Source: Octopus sinensis (lineage: Eukaryota). From it: a stretch of DNA of 64,000 bases. Every line of letters starts with the position of its first letter. The first letter of the stretch is position 1. Positions 41,096 through 54,299 of this stretch are shown here, piece by piece. The notes under the pieces were generated by a model. That model worked only from the letters and a program-made list of their open reading frames with translations, was not told the origin of the DNA and made no database searches. Made by a program: the position numbers and the translations under genes. The stretch covers positions 168,826,001 to 168,890,000 of the forward strand of contig NC_042999.1 of assembly GCF_006345805.1 (NCBI RefSeq), read 5' to 3'.

Positions 41096-41367
41096 ATGAA
41101 CAAAACAAAATGCTTTTCTTCACAAACTTGTTATCAAGCAGGTGAACGGTCAATATTAATTCTGAAAGTGAAAGAGAACGGACATACATACATACATGCA
41201 TACATACATACATACATACATACATACATACATACATACATACATGCATGCATGCATGCATACATACATACATACATACATACATACATACATACATACA
41301 TACATACATTCATACATGCATACATACATACATACATACATACATGCATACATGCATACATACATAC

Positions 41368-42200
41368 AGGAGCTTGAGATCAGTGCAGACAGCTATCGTC
41401 TAACTCGGGCAGCAATTGCTAAACAACATTAACAAAAGTACATTAACTTAGTGCTGAAAATTAAAGTGAACAATACGTTGTGTCAACAGCGAGCTCCTCA
41501 GGAAGCACTCTCATCCAGATAACCTCCCATATAATCCCAAAACAACCGGACTAACATACGCCAAAGAAGATAGCAATATCGACGTGAAGCACATCCCTTT
41601 TCGACTTGTGAATGCTACATTACATTATACTTCGAAACTATGCATTTGCAATGCAAGAACCAGAGATTAGTACGAAATACCTAATACACAAAAGAGACAG
41701 TGAATCCCTTGGAGCTCTCCAAAAATGCAACCGAAAATGTTGATTATATTTCTGTGGAATACATCACACATGTTATTAGCAGCTGTTCAAAAATGTCATC
41801 AAAGTACTACCTCCCTATGCGACACAATGTTGTCGCAAAAACAATATACAATACCATTTGAATAAAGACTGTCCGGAAATAAATTTAGAGAATCTCCCTG
41901 TTATTGAATGCAGACGCAAACAGAACACAAAGAATACATTGTCATCAAAACATCTGTCTAGTGTAAACATAATAGGCCGATTATTCTTGTTTGGGATAGG
42001 CAAGTATGTACCATCATAGAGGTCAGCTGTCCTACTGATGTATCTCTTAGAAAATCTCAGAGAAAGAGGATAATTATGGACAACTGGATCGAAACCAGCT
42101 TATAAACATCCAGATTATAAATTCACTATTACACCAATAATAAATGGTGCACTTGGTTTTGTGAGTAAATGTTAAGTGATTGTCTGGATAAGGTAGAGTT
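41368..42200 (+). mobile_element. R4/Dong-like LINE 3' fragment
   Basis: YAFAMQEPEISTKYLIHKRD (homologous to ~21447), Cys/His knuckle remnants, HNRP..IIEVSCP..NYGQL..GALG. Preceded by (TACA)n at 41182-41367. Confidence 0.7.
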
Positions 42201-42479
42201 TCAATATTTTCGTTGCTGAAAACGATGACCCGCTCACTGACTACAACAAAAAAAATTGTTGCAACTGAAAATTCTTGAAAATACTGCGATATACATTGTT
42301 TAGGATGTTTCTTTTGTTTTTGTTTTTGTTTCAGTCAATCAGTTATCACTTGCCACATACATAATGTATTTAGGAACTTAATTCCGAACATTAACCGTAA
42401 AATTATGTGCCTTTCTTCATCTAGAGAAAAGTTTGAAAAGACATCCTCGCATTATAATAAGGCTTTACAAGATAGCAGC

Positions 42480-43330
42480 TACTTGTAATAATAGGTCCAG
42501 AGATATTTTATGGTTCATCCCACCTTACTCCATAAATGTTAGGACAAAAACCTATTTGATAATTGCTTTCCCAGCAGCCATAGATTTGACAGACATATGG
42601 TTAAAATCACATATTCACGCCTTCCTTAATGGAAAGGCCTATATCAATAAACAACCTATTTTTTTTACTACCCACAAGGGGCTAAATGCAGAGAGGACAA
42701 ACAAGAATAGACGAATGGATTAAGTCGATTATATCGATCCCAGTGTGTAACTGGTACTTATTTAATCGACCCCGAAAGGATGAAAGGCAAAGTCAACCTC
42801 GGCGGAATTTGAACTCAGAACGTAACGGCAGACGAAATACTGCAAAGCATTTCGCCCGGCGTGCTAACGATTCTGCCAGCTCAATAAACAACCGATGTCT
42901 CAGACCTTTCTGGGTGCACATGAAGAGATAAATCTAAATATCCTCTAGACAGGCATGCGATAGATCCTCCCTTGTTTATGAAGCACAATTATCAGCAAAC
43001 TACGGCAATAGCCAGACAGAGACCAAGTGTTATACTGCATCAGTGGAAGGAAAATTTAAATCCATATACAACAACCATCTTTCAACCTTTAGACACCTTG
43101 AGAAGAGAGATGCAGCAATCCTCTTGGCGTCAATCTGGAAACTTAAGGACAAGAACGTCAACTACAACATCAAATGGAAAATCCTTTCCAAGTCCTAACC
43201 CCACTCTATATTAATGGATTAAAAAGATGCTCCATATGTTTTCTTGAAAAATTATTTTTTTAAAAGCTTAAGAACCGCATCCGAAATTAACGATAAACCA
43301 CCGGACTCATAAACCATTCCTATGTTGGTT
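42480..43330 (+). mobile_element. Penelope-like fragment, decayed
   Basis: WFIPPYSINVRT; FKSIYNNHLSTF; NIKWKIL; CSICFLEK. Confidence 0.65.
42657..42880 (-). mobile_element. SINE family 3 with 13 bp TSD
   Basis: TSD tcaataaacaacc at 42644-42656 and 42881-42893. Homologous to 32741-32894. Confidence 0.9.
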
Positions 43331-43590
43331 CAGGTAATTTTGATAATCGTAAGGTACCGGTTATATTTACTGTAAAGTTAGTTATCTCCCCTGTGTTTCT
43401 TTCTGCCCTTTTCTACATGCGCGTGCTCATTCAAACGTCGATTGCATCGAATGCACTTACTAAACCATCTTGTTTTTAATAGCTTGATAAATAGTGAAAT
43501 AAACTATTTCGATCAATTAACAAAGGTAGCAGCGACGAAGAGATAGCGGTGCGAGGCACTACGCTAAGGCTGTGGGCGATCATGATCGGC

Positions 43591-44046
43591 TATGTGGTAG
43601 ACGGACCTGATGTGGTAACGGAACTGATGTGGTAGACGGACCTGATGTGGTAGACGGAACTGATGTGGTAGACGGAACTGATGTGGTAGACGGATCTGAT
43701 GTGGTAGACGGATCTGATGTGGTAACGGAACTGATGTGGTAGACGGAACTGATGTGGTAGACGGACCTGATGTGGTAGACGGAACTGATGTGGTAGACGG
43801 ATCTGATGTGGTAGACGGATCTGATGTGGTAGACGGAACTGATGTGGTAGACGGAACTGATGTGGTAGACGGAACTGATGTGGTAGACGGATCTGATGTG
43901 GTAACGGAACTGATGTGGTAGACGGAACTGATGTGGTAGACGGAACTGATGTGGTAGACGGATCTGATGTGGTAACGGAACTGATGTGGTAGACGGAACT
44001 GATGTGGTAGACGGACCTGATGCGGTAGACGAACCTGATGCGGTAA
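43591..44046. repeat. 18 bp minisatellite (~25 copies, tgatgtggtagacggaMc) inside the Gypsy pol
   Basis: Read directly. Variant base is A, C or T. Encodes (DVVDG[T/S/P])n, with four 17 bp variants. Confidence 0.95.
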
Positions 44047-46369
44047 TGGTGATGGAGGCGATCGACTGCGAGGATCCACACTGAAGACAAGGAACTTCGG
44101 GTGGCGTTCGATCGTGGCGCTGGAAAGAGGGGCACCGGTCACTGAAGAACAAGGTGAACTGCTACCAGCATACCTTGAAAGGACACGCCAGGAGCGAGTT
44201 TGAAGAAGAGGTAGAGTGGTGCATTAAGGAAGGTGTCCTTATCCCGTGGAAGGAGGAAGTGGTTAGCGGAGTGCTACCTCTAATGGCAAAGGGCAAAGTC
44301 AGACCAGTACTGTACTTTCGGGAGATGAATGGCCATGTATCGTGTCACACAGGTGGAGAAGCGACCGACGTCTGCGATGAGACGCTGCGCGTATGGAGGC
44401 AATCAACTGAGGCAGCGACGATCCTCGACTTGAAGTCTGCATATATGCAGCTCCATGTGAGCGACAATTTGTGCCAGTACCAGCTGGTGCGAGACAAAGA
44501 CCTGACATTGTCTGACAAGATTGGGTCTTGGACTGAATCCTGCGCCGAAGATCATGGCGACAGTACTCAAATCCATCCTGGGAAAGGTGGATAGGATAAG
44601 AAGGGCCACCAATTCCTATATAAATGACATCTTAGTGGACGAGACTATAGTGCCTGTCACAGAGGTTGTGAGACATCTGAAAGAATTCGGGCTGATTCCG
44701 AAGCCACCGGAGCCAATGGCTGGAGGAGCTGCACTGGGGCTTAAGCTTCAGAGAGACAAAACCGGTGTGTTGGTGTTTCGTAGGGGGAATGAGATCCCAG
44801 AGCTGGGTACCAACGTCAGCAGGAGAGAACTCTTCTCGATGTGCGGGAAATTAGTAGGTCACTACCCGATCGCGGGATGGCTGCGTACGGCATGCAATTA
44901 CACCAAGAGACGAGCAGAAGGGGAGAATTGAGATGACAAGGTGGGAGAGGGGACAGTAGCGATGATGCGGGAAATCCTAGAGAGGACGAGAGCGGAAGAC
45001 CCAGTCAGAGGGAACTTTTAAGTACCCAAATCGAATAACGGGACCGTATGGTGTGATGCTAGCAGCATCGCGATAGGTATTGTGTTGGAAATCGGAGGTG
45101 GCGAGGTGGAGGATGCAGCCTAGCTTCGAAAAGCAAACGACTACAACCACATCAATATTGCTGAGCTCGAAATCCGGAAGGATTCGGTCACAGTGCTTGG
45201 TTGGATAGGATCGGTGATCACCGACGAGAAGAGGGTGCGAACCAAAGGGGCTGCGGAAATGTTAGAGAAGCGCCGCCTAGAGGTTCTAGAAGAGTTGATT
45301 GGCAAGTTCGGCCTGAAGTTGAACGTGGTCTTTGTGCCTTCAGAGAGAAATAAGGCAGACGTTCTAACCAGGGTAAAAAAAGACCTGGTTAGGGGAGCCG
45401 GAAGAATCGAAGCAAGAGGTAGTTGGAATGTGTTGGTTAAATGACTCCGAGATAAGGAGACCGCATGCCGTGCATCATATGGGCGTGGATAGGACCCTGT
45501 ATCTTGCCAGGAGGATTGACACCGACGTTACCAGACGAAACATCCAAAAGGTGGTCGGGAACTGCGGTGGGTGTCAATCAATCGACCCTGCTCCGGGTAT
45601 GCATGAACATGGAAATATTTCGGTCGAGCACAACTGGAGACGACTAGCAGTGGATGTAATACACTATCGGCAGGAGACGTAGCTATCGATGGTCGACCGC
45701 GAGCCGGGCCAAATAGCCATTTGGAAGGAATTGAGGGCAGGCACCGCAGACGAGATGGCACGTATTCTAAATGAGGTATTCTTGGAGCGGGGCCCCGTGG
45801 ACGAATTGCTGATGGATAACAGCACGGCGTTACGTTCAGAAGCACTGAAGGAGATGCTTGACATGTGAAAAGTGCACCGCTTTTTCAGGGCGGTGTACAG
45901 GCCGAGTGGAAATGGGATCATGGAGAGACATCATCGAAGGATGAAGGCCATAGCGGAGAGGAGACTGACTCGCCGCTGGAAGCAGTTTTCTGGTACAACA
46001 TGTCACTCCTATCAGGACAGGCCGAAGAGTCCGTTCCACATAGAGCGATATTCAAATATGAATGGCGGCATCTGAGTAAGGTGCGAGATGAAGTCTGGGT
46101 CAAGCCACCAAAGGTACGCTGCACAGTTCAGTGGAACAGAGGAATAGTGACGGCTTTCAATTCTAAAAACAACATTTCTGTGGATGGAATGCCGCGTCGT
46201 CTTAGATGTTGGTAGAATTGTCTCTTCGTCGGATGATGATTGTGGAGAGGAGGAAGAGAATGAAGTTCCCAGCTTAAGAAGAACACAACGTGCAAGGCGC
46301 CCACCCGGGTGGGTTGTAGATTTCGACATGGGGTGAAGTGAGGAGGTGATCTTTGAGATCAAGGGTGCG

Positions 46370-46658
46370 TGTGGGGATGAGCCGGAAGAAGAGGGTCACG
46401 GAAGAGGAGGCGCCAGGGGAGAAGTGGGGCGAGAGAGGTGAGGGTCGGCCTCTTCTTGCCCGCCGGAATCATCGTGAATGGACGTCAGGGAATTCGCTCC
46501 CGGGCTGGTCAGATAGTAGCTGCTTATACTGGGTGAGAGGGGTAGGGCAGGATGCCGGAGAGATTACTACTAGACAGGCGAAGACGAGAGGGGAAGGTAG
46601 GTGAACCTGTTTTCATTTCCCACGCATTACCATCATGAGTGTTAAGTTCCATCCAACA
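46370..46658 (+). repeat. Putative 3' LTR (~290 bp)
   Basis: TGTGGG..CCAACA termini after a purine-rich tract following the integrase stop. No 5' LTR in the window to confirm. Confidence 0.6.
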
Positions 46659-46734
46659 CCCATCCACCCCGCCATAGGTGAAAATCCGCCAAGTAAAAAC
46701 ATTACTATACTGTATATTTATTATTATTATTATT

Positions 46735-47286
46735 GAGTGAGAGAGCAGTGCATGCCATCAAGTGACACTGGGGTAAAATATACGAAGCCCAGTATACCCA
46801 TCATGACTACCCATCTGATAAGGGTACACTAGGCACATGCATCACAACCATATGTGCGCGACATGGTGATCTAATATCAAGATAAACAGCACATGACCTT
46901 GCAGGTGGGGCCCAGTTAGAATTTTCTTCAGGTTGAGTAGCCCATCCCGCTCAAAAGGTCCCTGAATAAGGGTTGTTTAAGGATGTTGAAAGAACCACCC
47001 ATGTTTCCAGAGGTGAACTATTCAAACCCCAAAGAATCCCTCTCAACACATGGCTATGATGCTCCCCCACTACTTCTGCTCGTGATCAGAGATGCACATA
47101 TCGTCAGCCACTAAGGGACATGCTCAACTAGTTAAGGTCAAACAACTGACAAGCAAATCTGTGGTATTGAGCAGAATATTTGCTGTAGCCCATCTTTTAT
47201 ACCAAGACAAAACAATGTACATGATAACACTTCCAATCAGTTAAGGTCAAAAGCCATGAGAACCAGTGCCTAGTATTGCATCAGGG

Positions 47287-47289
<3 letters not shown>
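46735..47289 (-). mobile_element. Non-coding ~555 bp retroposon in (TAA)n, copy 1
   Basis: Flanked on both sides by (TTA)n. Near-identical to 47482-48037. Strand inferred. Confidence 0.75.
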
Positions 47290-47329
<40 letters not shown>

Positions 47330-47342
47330 ATTATTATTATTA

Positions 47343-47417
<75 letters not shown>

Positions 47418-47450
47418 CATTATTATTATTATTATCATTATTATTATTAC

Positions 47451-47481
<31 letters not shown>

Positions 47482-48035
47482 GAGTGAGAGAGCAGTTCAT
47501 GCCATCAAAGTGACACTGGGGTAAAATATACGAAGCCCAATATACCCATCATGACTACCCGTCTGATAAAGGTACACCAGGCACATGCATCACAACCATA
47601 TGTGCGCGACATGGTGATCTCATATCAAGATAAACAGCACATGACCTTGCAGGTGGGGCCCAGTTAGAATTTTCTTCAGGTTGAGTAGCCCATCCCGCTC
47701 AAACGGTCCCTGAATAAGGGTTGTTTAAGGATGTTGAAAGAACCACCCATGTTTCCAGAGGTGAACTATTCAAACCCCAAAGAATCCCTCTCAACACATG
47801 GTTATGATGCTCCCCCACTACTTCTGCTCGTGATCAGAGATGCACATATCGTCAGCCACTAAGGGACATGCTCAACTGGTTAAGGTCAAACAACTGACAA
47901 GCAAATCTGTGGTATTGAGCAGAATATTTGCTGTAGCCCATCTTTTATACCAAGACAAAACAATGTACACGATAACACTTCCAATCAGTTAAGATCAGAA
48001 GCCATGAGAGCCACTGCCTGGTACTGCACCAGGGC

Positions 48036-48037
<2 letters not shown>
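47482..48037 (-). mobile_element. Non-coding ~555 bp retroposon in (TAA)n, copy 2
   Basis: Same termini as copy 1. Confidence 0.75.
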
Positions 48038-48123
<86 letters not shown>

Positions 48124-48136
48124 CATTATTATTATA

Positions 48137-48171
<35 letters not shown>

Positions 48172-48234
48172 CATTATTATTATTATTATTATTATTCATT
48201 ATTACTATTATCATTATTATTATTATTATTATTA

Positions 48235-48287
<53 letters not shown>

Positions 48288-48294
48288 CATCATC

Positions 48295-48341
<47 letters not shown>

Positions 48342-48368
48342 CATTATTATTATTATTATTACTATTAC

Positions 48369-48431
<63 letters not shown>

Positions 48432-48519
48432 CATTATTATTATCATTATTATCCTTATTATTATCATTATTATCATTATTATTATCATTATTATTATATC
48501 ATTATTATTATTATTATTA

Positions 48520-48551
<32 letters not shown>

Positions 48552-48580
48552 TATTATTATTATTATTATCATTATTATTA

Positions 48581-48643
<63 letters not shown>

Positions 48644-48879
48644 CATTATTATATTATTATTATCATTATTATTATCATTATTATCATTATTATTATCATT
48701 ATTATTATATCATTATTATATTATTATTATTATTATTTATTATCATTATTATTATTATATTATTTATTATTATTATTATTATCATTATTATTATCATTAT
48801 TATTATTATTATTATCATTATATTATTATTATTATATATTATTATTATTATATTATCATCATCATTATCATTATTATTA

Positions 48880-48910
<31 letters not shown>

Positions 48911-48975
48911 CATTATCATCATTATTATTATTATTATTATTATCATTATTATTATTATTACTATTATTATTATTT
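48038..48975. repeat. ~940 bp imperfect (TTA)n microsatellite
   Basis: Read directly. Confidence 0.98.
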
Positions 48976-49333
48976 GTATATATTTATTTTATTATAAATG
49001 CAAAACACCCCCCACACTCGCCTCCCCAGTCTCGTTTCCCATACAGTATGTGCGATTCTTTGTTTACTCATCTACGCTACTCTCCTACGCATTTTCTTCT
49101 AATATATTTTAATGTTATACAGTGCAGTATTGTATTTTTATTTATTAATTTATCAATTTTTAGGCGTGAAAATGTTCATTTTACCACAGAAATAATTAAG
49201 ATCAAAGAAAATATAAATACCTATCGGCCACAGAAACCCGTGATATAGTGCGGAGTCTGCGATATAAACTTACATATATTAGTGAGGGCGCGGTAGGTGA
49301 ACTGCGATATGGTAAGTGATTATTGTATGTATG

Positions 49334-49412
<79 letters not shown>

Positions 49413-49465
49413 GTTTATATATTTGTTTTGCAAGATTTTTGATATGAAATCGCGTGTTGAAACAG

Positions 49466-49825
49466 ATATTGTTGTATTTCGGAATGGTCATTTTGCCAGT
49501 GTAGCCAATAAAAACACACGCACTATATATTTGGTGTTACTTTGCTTCAGCGTTATTTTTTATATTAATCTTAATCTTTTTTTCGGCCAGACTTCTTTCA
49601 CCTCATCAGTGGTCTTTTGCTTTCTTCTTTCTTATTTGTGTGTCCCTCCTTACTAACGGTCAGCCATTTTGATGCGGTCACAGGAGTGTGACGAAAGAAC
49701 TCTGGCCAAAATAAGATTAAGATTAATATAAAAAATAAATAACACTGAAGCAAAGTAACACCAAATATATAGTGCGTGTGTTTTTATTGGCTAAACTGGC
49801 AAAATGACCATTCCTAAATACAACA

Positions 49826-49830
<5 letters not shown>
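49466..49830. repeat. Fold-back inverted repeat with outward-facing HHR relics
   Basis: Arms 49466-49598 and 49693-49830. Minus strand: CCA-CUGAUGA-GGU-GAAA..UC-UGG (stem II deleted). Plus strand: GUCAC..GUGAC-GAAA..UC-UGGC. Confidence 0.8.
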
Positions 49831-49877
<47 letters not shown>

Positions 49878-50094
49878 ATGTATGTGTGGCTCAAGTTAAA
49901 ACAAACATTATTAAAGAGGTTTTAAAACTAATTGAAGTATTCATTATAGATAAAAATATAAAAACATTTTTTCTAGAAATAATGTTCGAGTTGGTTATTC
50001 TACTACTAATAATAATTTTTTAATAGATTTAAGCTGAATAAGTTTTACATTAACAAATTAAATAATTATTCCAATGATAATAAAGACCAGAATA

Positions 50095-50860
50095 TAATTA
50101 ATTGTAAAAGCAGAGATAAGACAAAATGTAAGTTTAAAAATAAATGTAATTTGATGATGTAGTATATAAATGTGTAGTGACTTTGATTGATGATAATATT
50201 AATAGGAATAGTTATAATTTAAATGCGATTTACGTGGGGTCGACTTCTAATAAAATTAAATTAAGGGTGACTCAACACATGCATTCATTGAAGAATAAAA
50301 CACTGATTAATTCTACTGGCCTTAGCAAATATATATGGGGATTGAAATCTAAAGGAATTAAATATAATTTAAATTGGGAGATAGTTTCGAAGAGGTAAAA
50401 AAGTTATGATTTTATTTTTCATTAATATTTTATTCGATTATTTATTATTACGATACGTATTTTTCTATATTTATTGGTTAATTATTATATGTTAAAATAC
50501 ATACATTTATTTTAGTATTTTAGGCCTGAAGAGTGGCTATATTTTAAAATCGAATTAATTTTAAATTGAATTAATTTTAATAGTATCGATTTTATTATTC
50601 TCGATTTAAAGATATAGCCACGAAACGCGCGTAGTCAATTTAATGTTTATTTAATTTAGTGATTTTTAAAAATAATATTTATTATAATATATTAAATTTT
50701 TTTCTATATGATGTAATATAGATAATATCTTTCACTATTGAATTACTTAATGGATGTTATTTCTCTTAATTATTTACATATATTATATATTGTGAAATTT
50801 GATTTAGATTGCTAAATTGAATTTCTCCCTATAAGTTTGGAATTATGTTCCCTATTATAT
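50095..50860 (+). mobile_element. AT-rich Penelope-like 3' end (GIY-YIG + pLTR)
   Basis: NC..C...C..VVYKCVV..IYVGST..R..QHMHS..TGLSKYIW..NWEIV. Confidence 0.8.
50523..50636 (+). ncRNA. Type I minimal hammerhead with long stem II
   Basis: GGC-CUGAAGA-GUGGCUAUAU..AUAUAGCCAC-GAAA-C(GCGC)G-UA-GUC. Confidence 0.85.
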
Positions 50861-50880
50861 ATATACATATACATATACAT

Positions 50881-50985
<105 letters not shown>

Positions 50986-51119
50986 TGTATATATATACAT
51001 ACATACATACATACTACATACATACATACATACATACATACATGCACACACACACATAAGCAAAGTAGGTAGTTCTAAAATCTCTAGAAGAGGTGTAAGT
51101 AGTAACAATACTGAAAAGT

Positions 51120-51477
51120 AATGTTTGTTGCTACCTCAACATGGCTGTTCCGTACGGAACCACGTTACTACCAACCCCAAGGGGACATCTCCTCCAGCTG
51201 ATTAACGGCACAACCTGTGTCCGATATATTGCTTGTAAGGAAGCGAACTCCTACCATCTAGCGGTTATAAGATCAGTAGACCGGGCTGGTTTCAGGGTAT
51301 TTCCCTTCGTCAGTACTGGACGCATGTCTGCTAGACATGACAGTCGTTCGCCGTAGCTCGCAATATATCGGAGGCAGGTTGTGTCGTTAGTCAGCTGGAG
51401 ATGTCCTCCGGGGGTTAAAAGAACGGTAGTAACGTAGTTCCATACGTAACAGTATGGTGAAGTGGCAACAAACATTA
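51120..51477. repeat. Diverged inverted repeat (~115 bp arms) enclosing a canonical hammerhead
   Basis: 51120-51232 is approximately the reverse complement of 51360-51477. Confidence 0.85.
51274..51318 (-). ncRNA. Canonical compact type I hammerhead ribozyme
   Basis: CAGUA-CUGACGA-AGGG(AAAUA)CCCU-GAAA-CC(AGCCC)GG-UC-UACUG. All core positions intact, GUC cleavage triplet. Confidence 0.92.
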
Positions 51478-51527
51478 TTTACATATATATTATCCAAAAT
51501 GTGCAGTATTATATATCCATCACGGCT

Positions 51528-51615
51528 GATCTTACCAATCGGTTTCGCGCAAGGAATACAATGGAGAGTTAGGTAACAATCCGATTATATAACCTTACTC
51601 TCATCAGACAGGATC
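51528..51615 (-). ncRNA. Type I hammerhead at the 3' end of a PLE
   Basis: CUGAUGA-GAGUAAGG..CCUUGCGC-GAAA-CC(GAUU)GG-UA. Stem I is interrupted. Confidence 0.65.
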
Positions 51616-52780
51616 CATACTACAGACATAATTGTTCAAGTGTATATCTTCGTTTGCAGTAGAAATTTCCTCTGATGAAGGCATTGACTAAACACTTCAT
51701 TTTAGAGTTTAAAAAAGCCCCCGCATCACGTGAGTTTTTCAGAATCATTGCTCTTTCAGCCAAGGAAAATGTACATTATTTGCTCCCGTTGAGATATGAC
51801 ACAACTTGTTCTAGGATCGTCCATTTAATTATGTATTGCATGCCCTCTCTTTTTAAATGTTCTACATAGCTGGCCAGATACATGATGTTGCACCTCTCTG
51901 GTGTATCTTAAAGGAGGACCTGTGATTACTCTGACGTTGCTTGAAAGGGCCACCAATGGAACCGACATACATCTGTGTCTGTGCTCTTGTGCTGGTGGTG
52001 TTACAGCCGCTGTTGTTGCTGTCGTTAACACTGCTGATGCTGTTGTCACATCTGGGCCCGATATTGGTGTTGTTGTTGTTGTTGTCACTGGTACTGTTGC
52101 TAATGTTGATGTCAATGCTGTCGCCTCGGCCGCCATGGAGCTGCATCGACTTCCCACCGAGCATTCATTGTAAACCTACATGAGCATCCTGCCTCTGCTG
52201 GTGGTTTAGGGGTACTCGTTAGTATTTTTTAACGCTGGGCACACAGTTGAAGGAGACCCTTAAATTGTGCCTGTTAAACAGATACCCGATTCTGCGTGAC
52301 TGTGTGAACTAATCTAAGGAAGATCCTTCCAACGCAAGTCTTAACGTTGAATGAGAAGGATGGGAAAAACCAAACGACTTTGTGGTGGCGCTTCCTTTTG
52401 TGAGTACTAGGGCCCAACATATAGGAAATGCAGTTCTTAAAACCCTGGACACTAAAACCTCGTAGCAATAGGGGGCTGGGACGTCGAAAATTTCTTGACT
52501 AGAGGACAGATTCGAAATCCTCTTGCTGACACCCTTCATTAGTTTCATAAACACAGGTAGGTGGCAGGAGGCTGTGTTAATTTACAACAGTCTGTCGTTT
52601 GGTTTGTAGTAAGGCCTGTATGAACAGGTACCCAGGTCCAGCGTAACGACTAAAAAGTAAACAATGGAAAGGTCAGTTTCAATTGTAATTTGTAGGCCAA
52701 TCGAACTAAGGATGCAAATAAGGTCCTTCCTAAGCCTATCTAAGGTATGTCCATTAGCGCCTCTAGAAATGGCTAAAGAG
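51616..52780 (-). mobile_element. Penelope-like element fragment (RT thumb, linker, GIY-YIG)
   Basis: KRISNLSSSQEIF..APY, VWFFPSFSFNVKTCVGRIFL, MYVGS..FKQRQSNHRSSF. Confidence 0.8.
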
Positions 52781-52959
52781 ATGAGAGCTCCCAGCAGGCA
52801 GTTTCTATAGGAGATTCACATCCCAGACCCAGCCAAAAGATCTGAGGATATCAACAACATTGTTTTCACAAATTTTCGTTACAAAATATCCCTGGTGGTG
52901 ATGGAGTAACGCAGGTCATTAGCAGATCTGGTTTTATAGAAACTGCACTTTGTGGACAT

Positions 52960-53300
52960 GTGTGTGTGTATATTTCGTTGATTTGAAGAAGGTATTTGAC
53001 AGGGTACCACAGTCACTAGGGAAAGTAGGTATTGAAAAATGGCTTGTGTAAGCTGTACAAGCCATGAACAAAGATGCAGTAAGTAAAGAGAGAATCAACG
53101 ATGAATTCAGTGATGAATTTAGTGCGAAGGTTGGAGTCCATAGCTTAGCCCCAGTCGCCATCTTATTCATCACAGGCCTACAAATCATTCCAGAGAAAAT
53201 CCAGGACACAGAAACTAAGCTTAGAATTGAGAGACCTTCAGGTGAATTTAGCAAAACAAAGGTCTTAGTAAGTAGGAAAGAAGACAGGACTTAGGTACCC
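52960..53300 (+). mobile_element. Decayed RTE-like RT fragment
   Basis: FVDLKKVFDRVP..EFSAKVGVH..SKTKVL. Confidence 0.55.
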
Positions 53301-53786
53301 AAGGTATAAACTCTATATGCTGTACCCAATGTAAGCTATGGACACTCAAGTAATATAGAGGTATAAAAGCAATCTATCAGGGAAGATAAGTCTTATGGCA
53401 GGAACATAAGAGATGAAAGTCATGGGAAGGAACATAAGAGATGCTACACGGATGGTAGTCGAACCAAGAAAGAAAAGTCAGGCTTGGCAGAACACCGGTT
53501 ACATGGAAGGAGAGGAGAGAGGTAAGGGGCAGAGGGATTGAAGAATTAGGGAGGGATGAGAAAGAGAGAAAAAGGAAGGAAAGGGGCAAAGTGAGGTAAA
53601 GAGAAGGGAAAGGGAGAATGAAGGGAGAGCCAAGAAATGAGAGAGAGGGGAAGCGAGAAAAAGAAATGTGGAAAGAACGAAGAAAGTGTGAAGAGGGCTA
53701 AAAGAAAGAGTAAAAGAGTCGTAGAGAATTTAGATAGATATATGAACTAACATAGAGGACACCAAAAGTGTATGTATGCCACTATA

Positions 53787-54299
53787 TCTATATATATAAA
53801 ACTGTAGTTGTGTGAGTGTCTGTCCCCTTCGATTTAGATTCCTAACTACTCCCACATTTTGCGGTGCAGTTTAACCAAATTCGGGTATCTTATAGTCGTG
53901 ATTCATATCGAGCCCGTCTGGCTATTAGCGCGCGTCTACGATGAGTCTACGATTTTAAAAATAATTTAACATCATTTTTTATTCCATTTTAATGCATAAT
54001 TTTTCGTGTGTCGATGGCGGCGGAGTTGGCGTCCATGGTCACACCTGCACCTGTTTGCTTCTCCCCCTTCTTCCCTCCCTCGTGAAGCTGTGGGGAAGGG
54101 AGTGTAAGGAAATCAACGTCGTAAAGCGTTGTCAAGGAGACCAGCGTTCTTTTAGAACAACGACTTCATGGCTTGAAGACACCAAAACAGAAATGGCTAA
54201 GAAAGCCCGAATTGGCATCTATAAGAGAAGTAACTCTCTAAAAATGCTTATATAGTTATTTCCCTTACAAACCCGAGCAACGCCGGGCGATACTGCTAG
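53787..54299 (+). mobile_element. Non-autonomous Helitron family B, copy 1 (513 bp)
   Basis: A|TCTATATATATAAAACTG ... cccg..cggg hairpin ... CTAG|T. Confidence 0.92.

Larger units (their letters stand above)
43520..46658 (+). mobile_element. Gypsy-type LTR retrotransposon, 5'-truncated and decayed
   Basis: RT (KVRPVL, LDLKSAYMQL, GLNPAP, YIND), RNase H (VWCDASS, HINIAELE), integrase (HHMG..CGGC, AVDV, MDNST, GNGIMERHH), in PR-RT-RH-IN order. Confidence 0.9.

Noticed and set aside
43564-44152. CRISPR-like array, or mucin-like ORFs on the minus strand
   Set aside because: Contiguous 18 bp tandem units with no spacers, in eukaryotic DNA inside a Gypsy element.
47985-48037. HDV-like ribozyme at the 5' end of the (TAA)n element
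   Set aside because: I could not assign a P1 helix or a valid P3/L3 by eye.
48004-49248. 414 aa poly-Y/I/L ORF
   Set aside because: Translation of (TTA)n.
51670-51690. CTGATGAAG as another hammerhead
   Set aside because: Lies antisense within PLE coding sequence, with no matching stem II or GAAA.
51825-52183. T/A/V-rich ORFs suggesting a mucin-like gene
   Set aside because: Low-complexity linker within the PLE fragment, read in alternative frames.
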